A stretch of 64,000 nucleotides of DNA from Octopus bimaculoides. Taxonomy: Eukaryota. Shown piece after piece: positions 1 to 14,557 of the stretch. The notes beneath the pieces are model-generated. The model searched no databases, had not been told where the DNA came from, and saw nothing but the letters and a program-made list of their open reading frames with translations. Within the stretch, counting starts at the first letter, position 1. Each line of letters begins with the position of its first letter. The DNA lies in the NCBI RefSeq assembly GCF_001194135.2, contig NC_068987.1:79411482-79475481 (forward strand), given 5' to 3'. A program made the position numbers and the translations under genes.

Positions 1-45
<45 letters not shown>

Positions 46-46
46 A

Positions 47-88
<42 letters not shown>
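1..88. repeat. Compound (TGC)n/(CTA)n microsatellite
   Basis: Direct reading. Confidence 0.97.
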
Positions 89-89
<1 letters not shown>

Positions 90-189
90 TATTTGTCTAC
101 AAGGACGCGCATACTTTAGAAAACTTGTCAAACAAGGGCTACAACTCGAGAGGTTATGCATAAATATGTGTGTGGTGTGGTATACTGTT

Positions 190-231
<42 letters not shown>

Positions 232-506
232 TCGTGTGGTTCGTAAAAATACAATGTATTAAGACACATTTTTTAAAAATAACAAACAAACATGGTATAT
301 GCCACCCACAAAGGAGTGCAAAGTGTGAACTACCTAGAGTTAATTAGAATAATCGTCGACTGAAAATCTTTTCTACCCTGTTCACTTTTTTGAACTGGGT
401 TTTCCAAACTTGCTAGCTAATGAGTAGCTTTTTGTCTTATTCTAACACCGTAATCGCTCACATTTACTGAGTTACTGAGTTGAATTTCTTCGGCTTTCCT
501 TAGAAC

Positions 507-933
507 CAGCGCTGGATTAGCCATTAAGCAAAATAAGCACGAGCATTGGACACCGAGGGAAAGTGGGGGGGGGGGCATTGCAGAAATGATAAATGATTTA
601 CGGCACAAAAGAAATCACTTTAGAATTGCTGAAAGGATATTCGAAGTGGTTTATATGATTGGAAATATAATTTGAAAAGTTCATGATGCCATAGTAAGGG
701 TCTGATCAATGACTTTGCAGTTAAAAAAACGTAAGAGAAAACTTTCCAAATATAAATAAAGTGGAAGTATACAGAAATAAACTCCATTTTCCATTTTACT
801 GTTAGTTTTGTTTCATTTTGAAAAATAAACTTATTTTATGGTTTATTATTGTTTATATTTAGAAATTACACATATGTAGGACACCAAAATCTTTTAAGTG
901 CTTAGGGCCTCTGTGGGTATTAATCCGGTCCTG
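507..933 (+). mobile_element. Non-autonomous hAT DNA transposon (deletion derivative)
   Basis: Termini CAGCGCTGGATTA (507) and TAATCCGGTCCTG (921-933, reverse complement CAGGACCGGATTA). 8-bp flanks CTTAGAAC (499-506) and CTTAAAAC (934-941), 7/8 identical, as expected for a hAT TSD. Remnant LINDFAVKKT* at 702-734 resembles hAT transposase C-termini. Confidence 0.85.
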
Positions 934-1024
934 CTTAAAACAATAGGTTGTTGGTATTGCCAGGAATGATCAAATGTGAAGAGACTCCTTGTCTTCCACA
1001 TTATTGTTTTTCTTTAATTTATTT

Positions 1025-1087
1025 TATTCTCTTATTCTTATATTTGATTCAGTCATTTGGCTGCGGCAATGCTGGAGCACCGCCTTT
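1025..1087 (-). mobile_element. 3' fragment of CORE-like SINE
   Basis: TTCAGTCATTTGGCTGCGGCAATGCTGGAGCACCGCCTT matches 24494-24531. Confidence 0.7.
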
Positions 1088-1089
1088 GT

Positions 1090-1565
1090 TTTTCTCTCCT
1101 TGCAATATATCTATCAGGTCATATATTACTAAAGGTTGTCTCAAACATTTGGTTTCTGACAAATTCATGTACTTCAGGATAGAAGGTGTTTTGAGTCTGG
1201 GATCGTTTTCTTTGATTTTTCTCTTTATTTATCTCTATCAACTCCCCTGCATTTGTCCAGTTTCCTTCTTATTCTTATCGAAAAAGTTGGGAAGAACAGT
1301 GGTGGGGAGACTTTGGCCGGTCGTGTGATTGAAATGGAGATTCCTTGTTGTTTAGGGGCCTTAACTCGTCGGTCTCAATGACTGACGTCACCGAAAATAA
1401 AGTGGCAATTTTTACCTCTGCCCTGATTATCCATGTTTTCAGGAAATTGTGGCAGCAAGATCCACATCCATGGTTTTCTTCTGAGACACTGCTGTTATTA
1501 CTGCCGTTGATGTTGTCTGCTACAATAGTGATTTTTATCTTTTTTTCCAATTCTGAATAAAAGGC
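1090..1565 (-). mobile_element. Possible heavily decayed LINE apurinic-endonuclease fragment
   Basis: Minus-strand reading AFYSELEKKIKITIVADNINGSNNSSVSEENHGCG loosely follows the RTE endonuclease pattern FY..L....IIxGDFNA.VG.DN....G.HG.G, but catalytic motifs are not intact. Weak. Confidence 0.3.
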
Positions 1566-1611
1566 CCTCAAGTAATTCTCTCTGTCTGTCTTACTGTCTG
1601 TCTCGCCCTCA

Positions 1612-1645
<34 letters not shown>

Positions 1646-1686
1646 AACACACACACATTCATGCATATATGTGAGTGTCCCTGTGC

Positions 1687-1720
<34 letters not shown>

Positions 1721-1805
1721 TTGAAAAACCTAGCCGAATGATTGATTGACCGAACGATCGGTTAAGCAGCCGATTAGTTAATTGGTTAAATAGTTAAGTA
1801 GCTCG

Positions 1806-1898
<93 letters not shown>
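1806..1898. repeat. (AAT)n microsatellite, one of many (e.g. 4640-4710, 6000-6120, 10810-10877, 11150-11230, 37574-37644, 52590-52667)
   Basis: Direct reading. Confidence 0.97.
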
Positions 1899-2644
1899 GT
1901 ATGACATGAGATACAACTGATACGTGTGTTTATTATTGGGTATAATGACCCTCTCAATATAGAACGAAATTTTATAGATTGTTCCTTTAATACTCTACGT
2001 TTCTAGAAATAATTTTATTGGCATCAGTTTGAGTCACCAAATATATTTGACGTTTAATTAATGTATTAGATTTGTGATAGTTTCCTTCTTTGTCGTTTCT
2101 CATCTCCGAATTTCATGAAAAGCGTTCAATAAACAATGAATTCTTTATTTGTTATGAGACCAGACATTTTACTTATTTTATTTTATCGAAACGTCTACCA
2201 TTTTATTTCAATGAAACACGAAATAAACTCCTTGTTTTTTTTATTTTTATTTAATAGGTTATCTTTTAGTAAACTGATACCATACAACTTTCTGTTATTT
2301 GGTATTATTAGTAGTTATTTCACTTCATTTACGGTATTATAGTTCATGGCAAAACTATACGTCTTCGCATCTTCACTTCAGAAATATTATCGCATTTAGA
2401 TCAATTGAAAATATTACCCGTAAATGGTTGGTATTTTTTAATGCAAGACAAAGAAATTTGCTCTGAAATGACGTCTTCTTTCTTGGACTGAATAGATAAT
2501 CTATTTTTATATTTAGGATTATAAAGCAACCGTTATCTTGCACTAGTACACTGCAGGAAGGCATTTTATCAGCTACACCAAAACCATTTTTTATACACTA
2601 TTTCACTCTTCTAATTCTAAGCTGTTCAGCTTCTTCACCCTAAT

Positions 2645-2675
<31 letters not shown>

Positions 2676-3139
2676 NNNNNNNNNNNNNNNNNNNNNNNNN
2701 NNNNNNNNNNNNNNNNNNNNNNNNNNNNNNNNNNNNNNNNNNNNNNNNNNNNNNNNNNNNNNNNNNNNNNNNNNNNNNNNNNNNNNNNNNNNNNNNNNNN
2801 NNNNNNNNNNNNNNNNNNNNNNNNNNNNNNNNNNNNNNNNNNNNNNNNNNNNNNNNNNNNNNNNNNNNNNNNNNNNNNNNNNNNNNNNNNNNNNNNNNNN
2901 NNNNNNNNNNNNNNNNNNNNNNNNNNNNNNNNNNNNNNNNNNNNNNNNNNNNNNNNNNNNNNNNNNNNNNNNNNNNNNNNNNNNNNNNNNNNNNNNNNNN
3001 NNNNNNNNNNNNNNNNNNNNNNNNNNNNNNNNNNNNNNNNNNNNNNNNNNNNNNNNNNNNNNNNNNNNNNNNNNNNNNNNNNNNNNNNNNNNNNNNNNNN
3101 NNNNNNNNNNNNNNNNNNNNNNNNNNNNNNNNNNNNNNN

Positions 3140-3176
<37 letters not shown>

Positions 3177-4107
3177 GTATGTATGAATGTATATGCATGT
3201 ATGTATACACGCGCATACAGACACACATATGCATAATGTCTGTAATGTCTGTGTATAGCTATGTGTTTATGTGTGTATAAAACATCCGATTCTAAAATAT
3301 TGGAGTTGTTGTTAGAAAGTCTCCCACTAAGCGTTTGTATTTTGAGCATTATGTTTGAGGGAAAAAGTACGTCTCAGAAGTGTTCTGTATCCTAAATAGA
3401 AATACGGTGTCATGCAGCTAAAATGATGAGCTGAAAAAATTCATCTATTACGTGAGATTTTATATGTAATTAATAGAAAAATTAACCCTGTATTTTGTAT
3501 CATATATCTAAAAACCAAACAGCAAGGGAGATAATTCTAATTAGACCATTAGTTTAAGTCAATGATTGTAACGAAGATAATGGTAAAATAATGTGGTTGA
3601 TATTAATGAAGGTCGTGATGATTAAAGCTATTTTTCTTTCACATTTGCCTGCATTGCACCCAACCCTCAGCAGGCTTCTTAACACCAGTCTTTATATATA
3701 CGTATATACACTCAAGCGTACATACACGTGCATGTGTATATATGTGTATATATGCACATATATATATACATATATATGTTGTGTCTGTGTGAATGTATGC
3801 ACATATATATCATCTCAACGATTATTTCAAGTCGAATGTTGTTACTGTTTTACAATTTTGTTAATTATTACCAACATAACCGCCCAACAACGCCCTTTTT
3901 ATTAAACCTCCCACCATTAATTCCTTCAGATTAATCATACCATTCTTTTCTATATTTTTGGTCGCTCACTGGCAAAATCCAGTGGAAGATTCCGGAAACT
4001 ACATTACTGGGGAACACAACACAGTAATACGTAAAGGTGAGTATAATATAATACCTATCATAATCTTCATGAATCTACCTTTTACTTACCTTCTCTATCT
4101 CTCTTAA

Positions 4108-4475
4108 GCCTCCTCCTCCTCTTCCTCCCCTCCCCTCCTCCCCTCTCCTCTTCCTCCTCCTCCCCTTCCTCCTCTTCCTCCTCCTCCNNNNNNNNNNNNN
4201 NNNNNNNNNNNNNNNNNNNNNNNNNNNNNNNNNNNNNNNNNNNNNNNNNNNNNNNNNNNNNNNNNNNNNNNNNNNNNNNNNNNNNNNNNNNNNNNNNNNN
4301 NNNNNNNNNNNNNNNNNNNNNNNNNNNNNNNNNNNNNNNNNNNNNNNNNNNNNNNNNNNNNNNNNNNNNNNNNNNNNNNNNNNNNNNNNNNNNNNNNNNN
4401 NNNNNNCCTCGTCCTCCTCGTCCTCCTCCTCCTCGTCCTCCTCCCCTTCTCTACCCCCTCCTCCTCCTCCTCCTT
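4108..4475. repeat. (CCT)n-rich tract spanning a gap
   Basis: Direct reading. Confidence 0.9.
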
Positions 4476-4652
4476 CTTTTTTCTTTCTATTCGGTCTTCA
4501 TCATACTATAATAATAATAATAGTAATAATGATAATAATAACAATAACAATAATGATAATGATAATAATTATAGCAGTAGTAATAGTAGTAACAATAATA
4601 ATAGTAGTAGTAATAGTAGTAACAATAATAATAGTAGTAGCAGTAATAAATA

Positions 4653-4713
<61 letters not shown>

Positions 4714-4940
4714 CGATATGTTTTCTTAGTTAATAAGAAGTAGTTAAGTCTTGATACGCATGTACATGAAGATGCACACACATACACTCACAGACAAACA
4801 AGCACATGCACAAGCGCACACAGAAAGACACACCCAACCGCATCAAGATCTCAGTTAAAATCTGATGGCGAGCTCTGTGGGATAAACTACTCGATTCATA
4901 TTACAAAGATGAATTTATTTTTGCTTAAAAAATATCTCTA

Positions 4941-4987
<47 letters not shown>

Positions 4988-6000
4988 GACATATACATAT
5001 GTAAGTGCACATGCAAATGTGTATAATTACACAGACACATGTATATGTATCTATATATGTATACATCTATGTATGNNNNNNNNNNNNNNNNNNNNNNNNN
5101 NNNNNNNNNNNNNNNNNNNNNNNNNNNNNNNNNNNNNNNNNNNNNNNNNNNNNNNNNNNNNNNNNNNNNNNNNNNNNNNNNNNNNNNNNNNNNNNNNNNN
5201 NNNNNNNNNNNNNNNNNNNNNNNNNNNNNNNNNNNNNNNNNNNNNNNNNNNNNNNNNNNNNNNNNNNNNNNNNNNNNNNNNNNNNNNNNNNNNNNNNNNN
5301 NNNNNNNNNNNNNNNNNNNNNNNNNNNNNNNNNNNNNNNNNNNNNNNNNNNNNNNNNNNNNNNNNNNNNNNNNNNNNNNNNNNNNNNNNNNNNNNNNNNN
5401 NNNNNNNNNNNNNNNNNNNNNNNNNNNNNNNNNNNNNNNNNNNNNNNNNNNNNNNNNNNNNNNNNNNNNNNNNNNNNNNNNNNNNNNNNNNNNNNNNNNN
5501 NNNNNNNNNNNNNNNNNNNNNNNNNNNNNNNNNNNNNNNNNNNNNNNNNNNNNNNNNNNNNNNNNNNNNNNNNNNNNNNNNNNNNNNNNNNNNNNNNNNN
5601 NNNNNNNNNNNNNNNNTATATATATATAATGACTGTAGAACGAGATTCAATAGATATGTTTTTTATAATATACAATTAATAAATACATATATCTGTGTTT
5701 TTTCAAAGGATTATTGTTTTTAGAAATCTAAAATCAATTATGTTTTTGTTAATAATTACTCCACTGAAATTAATCGATATCTTATGTCCAGATTGATAAA
5801 TAATATTTAGATTTACTTAAATTTTCTAAACATCTTATTTGAATTCACTTCCTTTATCTCTCTCCTAACCCTGTCTACACTTTTTCCTCTTCTTCGACTT
5901 CTCTCTGATTTCTTTTCCTTCATATTATTATTGTTATTATTATTTTATGTTTGACTTTTGTTTTGCATTTGTACAAGTTGGATCCAAGTCTCACCCAGAG

Positions 6001-6075
<75 letters not shown>

Positions 6076-6563
6076 GTTATTATTGTTGTTATTATTATTA
6101 TTAATATTATTATTACTACTACTTATTTGTATGGTTGTGGTGTAAATATATTCAGTTGAGCTATGGTTATATATCATTTAGCATTTAGATAAATTTCCTT
6201 CATTTTGTGAGTTTAAATTTCACTGAGGTGTACATGCAGTTCATCCGTCTATGAATGATGAACGTTACACAGTTTATTTGACTGTCCTCTAACCTACATC
6301 ATCACAGATATGAGGACAAGAACCATTGTCAGTAACTATGAGTGGATGGGGAGAGTCATTAGATCGTAGGCTTTGGTGTGTTTATTTACGGCTTTTTACG
6401 CACTGAGTTCAAAATCCGCTCAAGTGAACTCTAACTTTTGTCCTTCCTATGTTCGAGAAATAATATTCCTGTGAAGTCCCAGACTTAGTTTTATCAACTG
6501 ACTTCTACAAAATTTGTGGCATTCAGCTTAATAATAGAATTCAGTATTGCTTTCAAAGCTTGA

Positions 6564-6733
6564 CACAAGGCTAGCAATTTTGGGAGATTGTAAGTCGAAA
6601 ACGTCGATCCCAGGGTTCAACTGCTACGTGTTTTATCGACCCTGAAAGGATAAAAGGCAAATTCAACCCCGACAGCATTTGAGCTCAGAACGCAAAATTG
6701 GAAGAAATTCCGCTAGGCATTTTCTGCCGCCTT
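6564..6733 (-). mobile_element. tRNA-derived SINE with Deu/Nin-like core
   Basis: Reverse complement reads AAGGCGGCAG...GTTCTGAGCTCAAAT...TTTGCCTTTTATCCTTTCAGGGTCGATAAAA...AAATTGCTAGCCTTGTG. Confidence 0.8.
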
Positions 6734-6761
6734 AATAGAAGACAATATTCTGAATAGTTGT

Positions 6762-6971
6762 AAGGAGGTGAGCCAGCAGATTCATTAGCACATCGGGAAA
6801 AATGCTTAGAGGCATTTCATCTTTCACGTTGTGAGTTCAATTTCTTTTGTGGTCCAGTTTGCCCTTCATCCTTTCGAGGTCGAAGAAATAAGTACCAGTT
6901 GTACACTAGGGTCAATGTAATCGAATAGTCCCTCCCCTAAAGATTGTTGGCGTTGTGTTAAAATTTGAAAC
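6762..6971 (+). mobile_element. Deu/Nin-like SINE
   Basis: AAGGAGGTGAGCCAGCAGA...GAGTTCAA...TTTGCCCTTCATCCTTTCGAGGTCGAAGAAATAAGTACCAG...AAAATTTGAAAC. Confidence 0.85.
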
Positions 6972-9584
6972 TAATATTCTACGTAGAAGTAAAGTGGCTG
7001 TCAGATTCGTTAGGGTGTCGGACAAAAAGTCTTGCTGTAGTTATGTACAGCATCTTGAATTTTGAGTTAAATTTCTATCTGCTCACATTTTTTTTTCTCT
7101 GGGGTCAATATGATAAATTTTCTCCCAAATTTGGGTGATGTTTTATTCGACTTTATCCTGCTCATCAAATTCATGACTTTGTCTAATAGCTACTCATAAT
7201 AGCTATAATTTTCAACAAACATAATTGTATTTAAACCACTATTTGTAATGAAATTTAAGAGATGCTTTGGATAGTATAAACAAGATACTAAATGCTTTGT
7301 AGTATTTAGGTTCATGTTTTTTGATCCAGTGTTTGTTATATTCTGACAGGAACATCTTTGTCTTCTTCAGGAGACAGGAAAATATTTACCATATTTATCT
7401 GCATATTTCTGCACATAGTTCCTTTGTATATAGTCTCTAAAAGGATCAGTCTTCCTTATAATAGAGAATACTTAGCGTTGAAGTAGTTAAAATAATGGTC
7501 GTCTAAACATGTATATAATAAGAGAATATAGGCTTTAGGTCTAGTCATTGAGATTTCAATGAATCTCCTTACAGATGCTGTTGGCATTCCTGAGCCAATG
7601 TACTAAAAAAGTACAAATGCCATCACTTAGATTCTGTGCACCATATTGTATCATATTCGACTATGGTAAATGTAAGTGGCAAGGCGTCTGGAATGAAGAT
7701 CAGATTTGTCTAGGATGATGGTGAAAACATTTAATGATGATATGTACTTGGTATTTTCACCATGTGGCGAGAGTAAATAATGAAAAATAGGTTCTATTAA
7801 GACTTTGCCTTCTATTGCGTCTATATTAAATACGCATTTTACATAAATGACTTGCTCTTGGGTGGAAAATATATGTACTCCCTTATCATTATTCATTAAT
7901 TACTCGACTGAATTTGCAATTCTTCCCGGGGGTGATTTGGTCTTTCATTCCTCTGGAATTTGATTAAATGAGTACCAGTAATATACCAAGGTAAGTTTAA
8001 GTCACCATCTCCCCAGAAAAGGAGTAACGTAACGATGTTAAAAATTATAGTACATTTTAATTAATCAGGGCATTTTATTACGAAGAAGTTGTTTTTCATT
8101 ACATATATACATTCTTTTACATCGCTTACATTTAAATATATATATATATATGCAAATATGTATTTGTATGGATGTGTATGTGTGGTAATTTGAGGCACTT
8201 GAGTCTTATTAGATACAAATTAATTCGTTTAATCAAGGTATTTGTCAACTAGAATGCTCTGCAACTAATTAGATATTAGTTGGGGCCTATTAGAAATGAT
8301 AAAAAAAATAATAATAATGGAAACAATAAATCTTGAATATACAAATATAAAGAAAATATGTATATATGTACCATACTGCTCTCTGTAAGGTACATATACC
8401 AATATTCTGAAATGCCGTAACTACAGTGCTTGTATCCCATTTAAATCTATATCATTTTCTGATATAAATTTGTATTTTCTGATTTAAACTAATAGAGAAA
8501 TCTCAAACGTTATATTATGAATATGTGAGAAACTAATATTATTAAAATTATTATTATTACTATATATTATTATACTAATTATCATTATGATTATTCTTAT
8601 TAATATTATTATTATCTTCATTATTAAAATTATTATTATTCCATATATATATATATCTTACTCTAGTGAAGAGGTGCTTAAAAGTAGCTTTATATCTCTG
8701 TTGGAACCATCTCTTCTATTTTTCTAATGGTCTTGGCAGAGTTATACACTTCACAACTTCCTATTTTCTTCCTCCAGATATATATTCTGAGGTTCCATGG
8801 CTATGTAAGTAATCACTATTAACACTCTTACGTGTAATAGTTATTTAATTTTTCGATAGGGAAACGAATGCACCCTATTCACTTGCCTTCAGCATATTAC
8901 TGGTACTTAAATTTATGGTCAGAGTGAAAGGAAAAATTCGTTCGATGTCAGTAGAATTTTAATAATACATTTTATTTAACTTCATTTTTACGTAGTTGAT
9001 ATGCTTATTGTATTAATTATACTGCATACACTTTGTAATATTCAGAGAAAGGATACTTATTACTGTATTGAATAATAAATCGACTGATATATGTTGAGCC
9101 CAGATTTGCATCAAACATTGATTAGACCTATTGAATTTAGGGCCTGAAGTTATTAAGTCGTATGATATTCAGGTCTTTCCTAAGACCATCAGCAATGTGA
9201 GTAAATTTATTACTCCTGCATATCGAATATAAACAAATCGCCAGGAAGTTCTTATGATATAGCTCTAGCTATTTCTTATTATATATAAATTCTATTATAT
9301 ACATTGCCATCTCTGAGCAACAGAGTGAAATCGAGATCCATATTTAATGTATGGAATTAGTATTATAGACAGACATGTTATATACAGTTTGTGTATTTCT
9401 GATATTACTCACAAAACAGTGTACACATTGCTTAATATGCAACGTTATCCTGCAGTATTCATAATTTGATATTTTATCTAAACGGTATACCATCATATAT
9501 CTGAAACATTTATTTCTATGTATATGTGTGTATATATAAATATATATGTATATGAGTGTGTGAGTATGTGTGATGTATTACCTA

Positions 9585-9644
<60 letters not shown>

Positions 9645-9676
9645 CATCATCTTCATCATTATTATTATTACATTTT

Positions 9677-9897
9677 AAGGCGGTGATGCGGCGCAGTTGT
9701 TAGGGCGTCGGGAAAATTCCTTGCAGTATTTCAACCGATACCTCACGTTCTGAGTTCAATTCCCGCCGGTTGGTTTTAACTTCGGTTTCCTTATTCCAGA
9801 GCGAATTTAAAGTACCAATGCATTCTTGGATTCGATGGAATCGACTAACCTTCAACCTCACCTCTCAAACTGCTGGCCATATTCCTAAATTAGGAAC
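9677..9897 (+). mobile_element. Diverged Deu/Nin-like SINE
   Basis: AAGGCGGTGATGCGGC...CGTTCTGAGTTCAATTCCCGCC...AAGTACCA...TGCTGGCC. Confidence 0.75.
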
Positions 9898-10807
9898 AGT
9901 CATCATTATCGCATTTTTTCTTCCAATATCACACAAAAGTCTGTTAGTTATCATTTATATAATATTGTGTGGAAAGCAAAATTACTAATTACTGTTGAAA
10001 TATAGGGCTAAAATTCCAAGAAAATGAGCGCAAAATTTGGAGGTGGCGTGACACATCTGACCCCTACCCCGTTGCAATATGTATTTTGGTTTAATACGGC
10101 ATCTCTGTGTAGAAAGTTTCTCTTATAGAGAAACCACAGTATCATACTTTTCAGTAACGTATATACGTTAAGTATGAGAGACAGGTGAAGTTATACATAC
10201 ATGCGTGCGCATATACGTATGTATGTATGTATGTATGTATATAATATACGTGTGAGTGAACAGACGAAAGAAAAGGGCAGTCAATACATTTAATGAGAGT
10301 TACATGTATTATTTCGTACAGTTTTATCCGGCTCCAAGCGACTTAATGTGGGGTTGGTTTGTTGGTTGATAAATAATTGTGAGTTTCTTCTTACACTTCA
10401 TTTATGTATCCAAATGTTAGTTGGTTACCCCAAATTAATATATAGGAAGAGTGAAGAACTACCCAGGGACTCTCTATACTTGAACCATTAACAGTAAAAT
10501 CGGTACTGACATAGTTTATGTGACCAGTCAAAATTATTTTTAAATTAAGTAAATTAACAATCTTTAGTAATCATGTGAACAATCTTTTTACTATTAGTGG
10601 CTCAGATTAGAAAAAAGGGCAAGGGAGACAACTTCAGAATATTAATTAATCAAAATTATCGTATCAAGTGGGAGGCTGAGAGATCTATTATTAGTACATG
10701 TCCTTTAAATACTGTATGTTGCGGTACGTTTTATAAAAGGTGTATGTTTGTATGTGTTCTTTATGTATATTATATTTACCTGTAAATTGTCTTAATTGTA
10801 CTGTTTC

Positions 10808-10876
<69 letters not shown>

Positions 10877-11148
10877 TAGTACTATTGTTGCTGTTGTTGT
10901 TATTGTTGATGTTGCTGAAGTGTTTTATGCGAAATTTTCAACGTTTCACCCAGAGACTTAAAGTGACAGCAAGGTGGAGGTCTTACTATGGGTGATATTT
11001 ATGTTGAACAACGATATGTTGTAGAAAAAGAAGTTCGAATTCTAAGAAATAAGATTCCGCTCAATTTATAATATTTTTAAGTTTGAAAGTTTTTAAGAGA
11101 ATAAAATATTCTCAAGTTGACTGTTTTTCTTAGGATGTAGTCAGTACC

Positions 11149-11211
<63 letters not shown>

Positions 11212-11248
11212 CAATATTATTATTAATAATATTATCATCATCATCATG

Positions 11249-11289
<41 letters not shown>

Positions 11290-13863
11290 CTTTAAAATTT
11301 GTTTCCTTTTCTTGCCGAGTATCTTCCCAACACCTAGGGCGATATTGAGTACTTTATAAACTCGGTAGTTTAATTTTCAATAATAATTTATTTATTCGAA
11401 GGAACTCGGTCTATGATAAAATATTCGTAAATAATTTTTTTTATAATCTAGAATGTTCTATTTAAGAAACAACAACATATGAGAATTTCAACACTGCATA
11501 ACCAGAAAGAGTGCAGGCGGTCTTACTAGTTCCAAGTTTTCTTACACATTTGTAAGAGAAGGGACACAAATCTTTTCCAATGCACAATTAATTAATTCTT
11601 CTAGTAAGTTGACTGCGTAGACAGTGTTATGTAAATTAGTTTCACAAAGTCCTACACAGAAGGAGCGGGCATTTTTGTAATGACCGTCTAAGAAGACTTA
11701 AAACAAGGAAGATCGATTCCGAAATAATTTTCTTGTAACACGCTCTCTTACAAACATTAACCCCATGACAAGGATTTTCTATCAGGCAACTAGGTTGCCC
11801 AAAGAGTAATCATCTCGGCCGAGATCAACAATTAGCAAGCACTGTTTATTTATGCAAACTGTTATCATTGCAAGGATCGTAAATTCAACGAAACTAGCGT
11901 TGCTGAATGCGACTGTAAATTCCGTGAAGGACCAGAAGAATTTGCTGAACGTGTACGAATTTGACAGGAAGTCATAGTGGAAATGGTGGAGTAACTACCA
12001 AAAACTGCTGCTTTCATATCATTATGGTGATGAAATCTCGAGCTGAGTTGGAAATGTTTACTTGAAGTGTCTAAAAAAAACCTATCAGATTCCTTGAAAT
12101 TTACACGGTGACCTCTGTTATCGATAGCGGATATTTATATCAATTGGTGCACAAATAGGTTCAAAACCGCAGCAGATAGGGCTGCGTATATTTTCGTCAT
12201 CTGATTCAAAGCGAGTACACAGCACACTTAAATTTACGTCAGCCGATGTTATAGGGTTACTGTAACCTTTTCGTATATTTTACTCAGCAAGAATAAAACA
12301 GTATGTTTGTTAAAAAGAGGTTTACTTTTCATTACAAATATCGATCTCCCGCACTCCCATCTGTCATTTTCTATGGAGATATATTATTGATAACTTTAAT
12401 TTCTTATCTTGTGAAAGTACTTACTTCAAATGGAATTATGAATGCGTATGCATAAGATGCATAGAGAAAATTAGAAAGAGAGAATGTTTATTTAGAGTAA
12501 CACATTCATTAGCATTTCAACATTGATGGCTGATTGAACGATATTGGGAATAGTAGATTAAGGTAATACACGAGGATCGTGTTGGAGCAGGGCGGATTGA
12601 TAATATATACAGTAATAGTATCGGGGTGGCGGATTGATGGTACACACCGGTGTCATGCTGTTGGTGGTGAGGTGGCAACATATATCGAGATGATGCTAGT
12701 AGTGATGATGTGGATTGATGGCAGATATTGTGATCTCGGTGTTGGTGGTGGGAGATGAGTAATATTTGCTTTGAAAGAAGCAGTAGTGAGTTTATGGCAG
12801 ATGGAGTGATAGTATAGACGGATTAAAAGAAGATAGAATAACATAACAGAGGTAATGGGTTGACGGTATATGCACTAAAGATGGTGGTAGTGGTGTTGGT
12901 GGTTAGTGGTGGTGGTGGTGGTGGTGGTAGTTTCATGACAGATACAGCGATGNNNNNNNNNNGTGGTGGTGGTGGTGGTGGTGGTGGTGGTGGTGGTAGT
13001 TTCATGACAGATACAGCGATGGCGGTGATGACGGTGAGGACTGCGGTGGTGGTGTATGCCGTAGAAGATGGTTGATGGCAGATACAGTGTGAGAGCATTG
13101 ACGGTAGCAAAGTTTAGCAGTTCAACAATAAAGTTAGGAAATAAAAATAAAATATATGCTTATTAAAATGTCGAATTAATCACCTCTAACTCACTAACGT
13201 TTGAGAAATGTTAAGTTTGAAAGCCATAACAGGAACTTTGCGGTTAATCCGGTTGGGTGATCAAGCAAAATGGCCGATCTGTGATCACCTGTAAGCTTTA
13301 TTAAAATGCCAGGCTGTAAGAAGCATGCAGTATAGTCATACCGCCATTCATACATTTAGTCTGTGGTCAAACCTTACAGTGCTCAGCAGTAGAAGTGCCT
13401 AAGTAGCCAAATTATTAGTTCTTCACTGAATTGCTGAGAGAGAAGGCTAATAAAGGTTTTTAAGGTTGAAATCGAATAAAGGAGAGGCGTGTCTGGAGAT
13501 ATGTTATGGAGTAAAGGGGGAAGAGAAAAGACAGGGAAAAACATACAGAAAGGAGAGGGAATAAAAATAAAACAAATATAATAATGCTGGTGAAGTATAT
13601 TATGAAATCATGCGAGCTGCGAAAGCGAACGAGTTAAGGGAGGGATGAGAGAAAGAGAAGTAAATATATTTGGTTGGGAAATAAGAAAACTGAAAGTGTA
13701 TACAGGAGCCATTATTCTTCATGCTTGACCAATCTAATTGAGAAGCACTTGCTCACTTGCTTACAGAAAATAAATGGCTGTTTTAAACCATTTGCTTCGG
13801 TAGTCAACATAGATATTTTTAATGAAAATAGTGTTTTTTTTTAATGTTATTCTTTATCAAAAT

Positions 13864-13894
<31 letters not shown>

Positions 13895-14114
13895 NNNNNN
13901 NNNNNNNNNNNNNNNNNNNNNNNNNNNNNNNNNNNNNNNNNNNNNNNNNNNNNNNNNNNNNNNNNNNNNNNNNNNNNNNNNNNNNNNNNNNNNNNNNNNN
14001 NNNNNNNNNNNNNNNNNNNNNNNNNNNNNNNNNNNNNNNNNNNNNNNNNNNNNNNNNNNNNNNNNNNNNNNNNNNNNNNNNNNNNNNNNNNNNNNNNNNN
14101 NNNNNNNNNNNNNN

Positions 14115-14557
<443 letters not shown>

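Noticed and set aside
7260-7896. Possible decayed RT on the minus strand (L2- or Penelope-like hints such as YAD and LDD)
   Set aside because: Hints fall in different frames and point to different clades; needs a profile search (Dfam or RT HMM) before a call.
11500-12270. Complex segment with a Cys cluster (CYHC...CDC) and an ACTGTA end, possible transposase remnant
   Set aside because: No matching left TIR, no DDE motif and frequent stops.
12906-13022. Duplicated GGT-rich unit and minus-strand poly-Pro ORF
   Set aside because: The duplicate flanks an N10 gap (12953-12962). Poly-Pro comes from (GGT)n, lies on the opposite strand to AP-2 and lacks the AP-2 PPYFPPPY motif.
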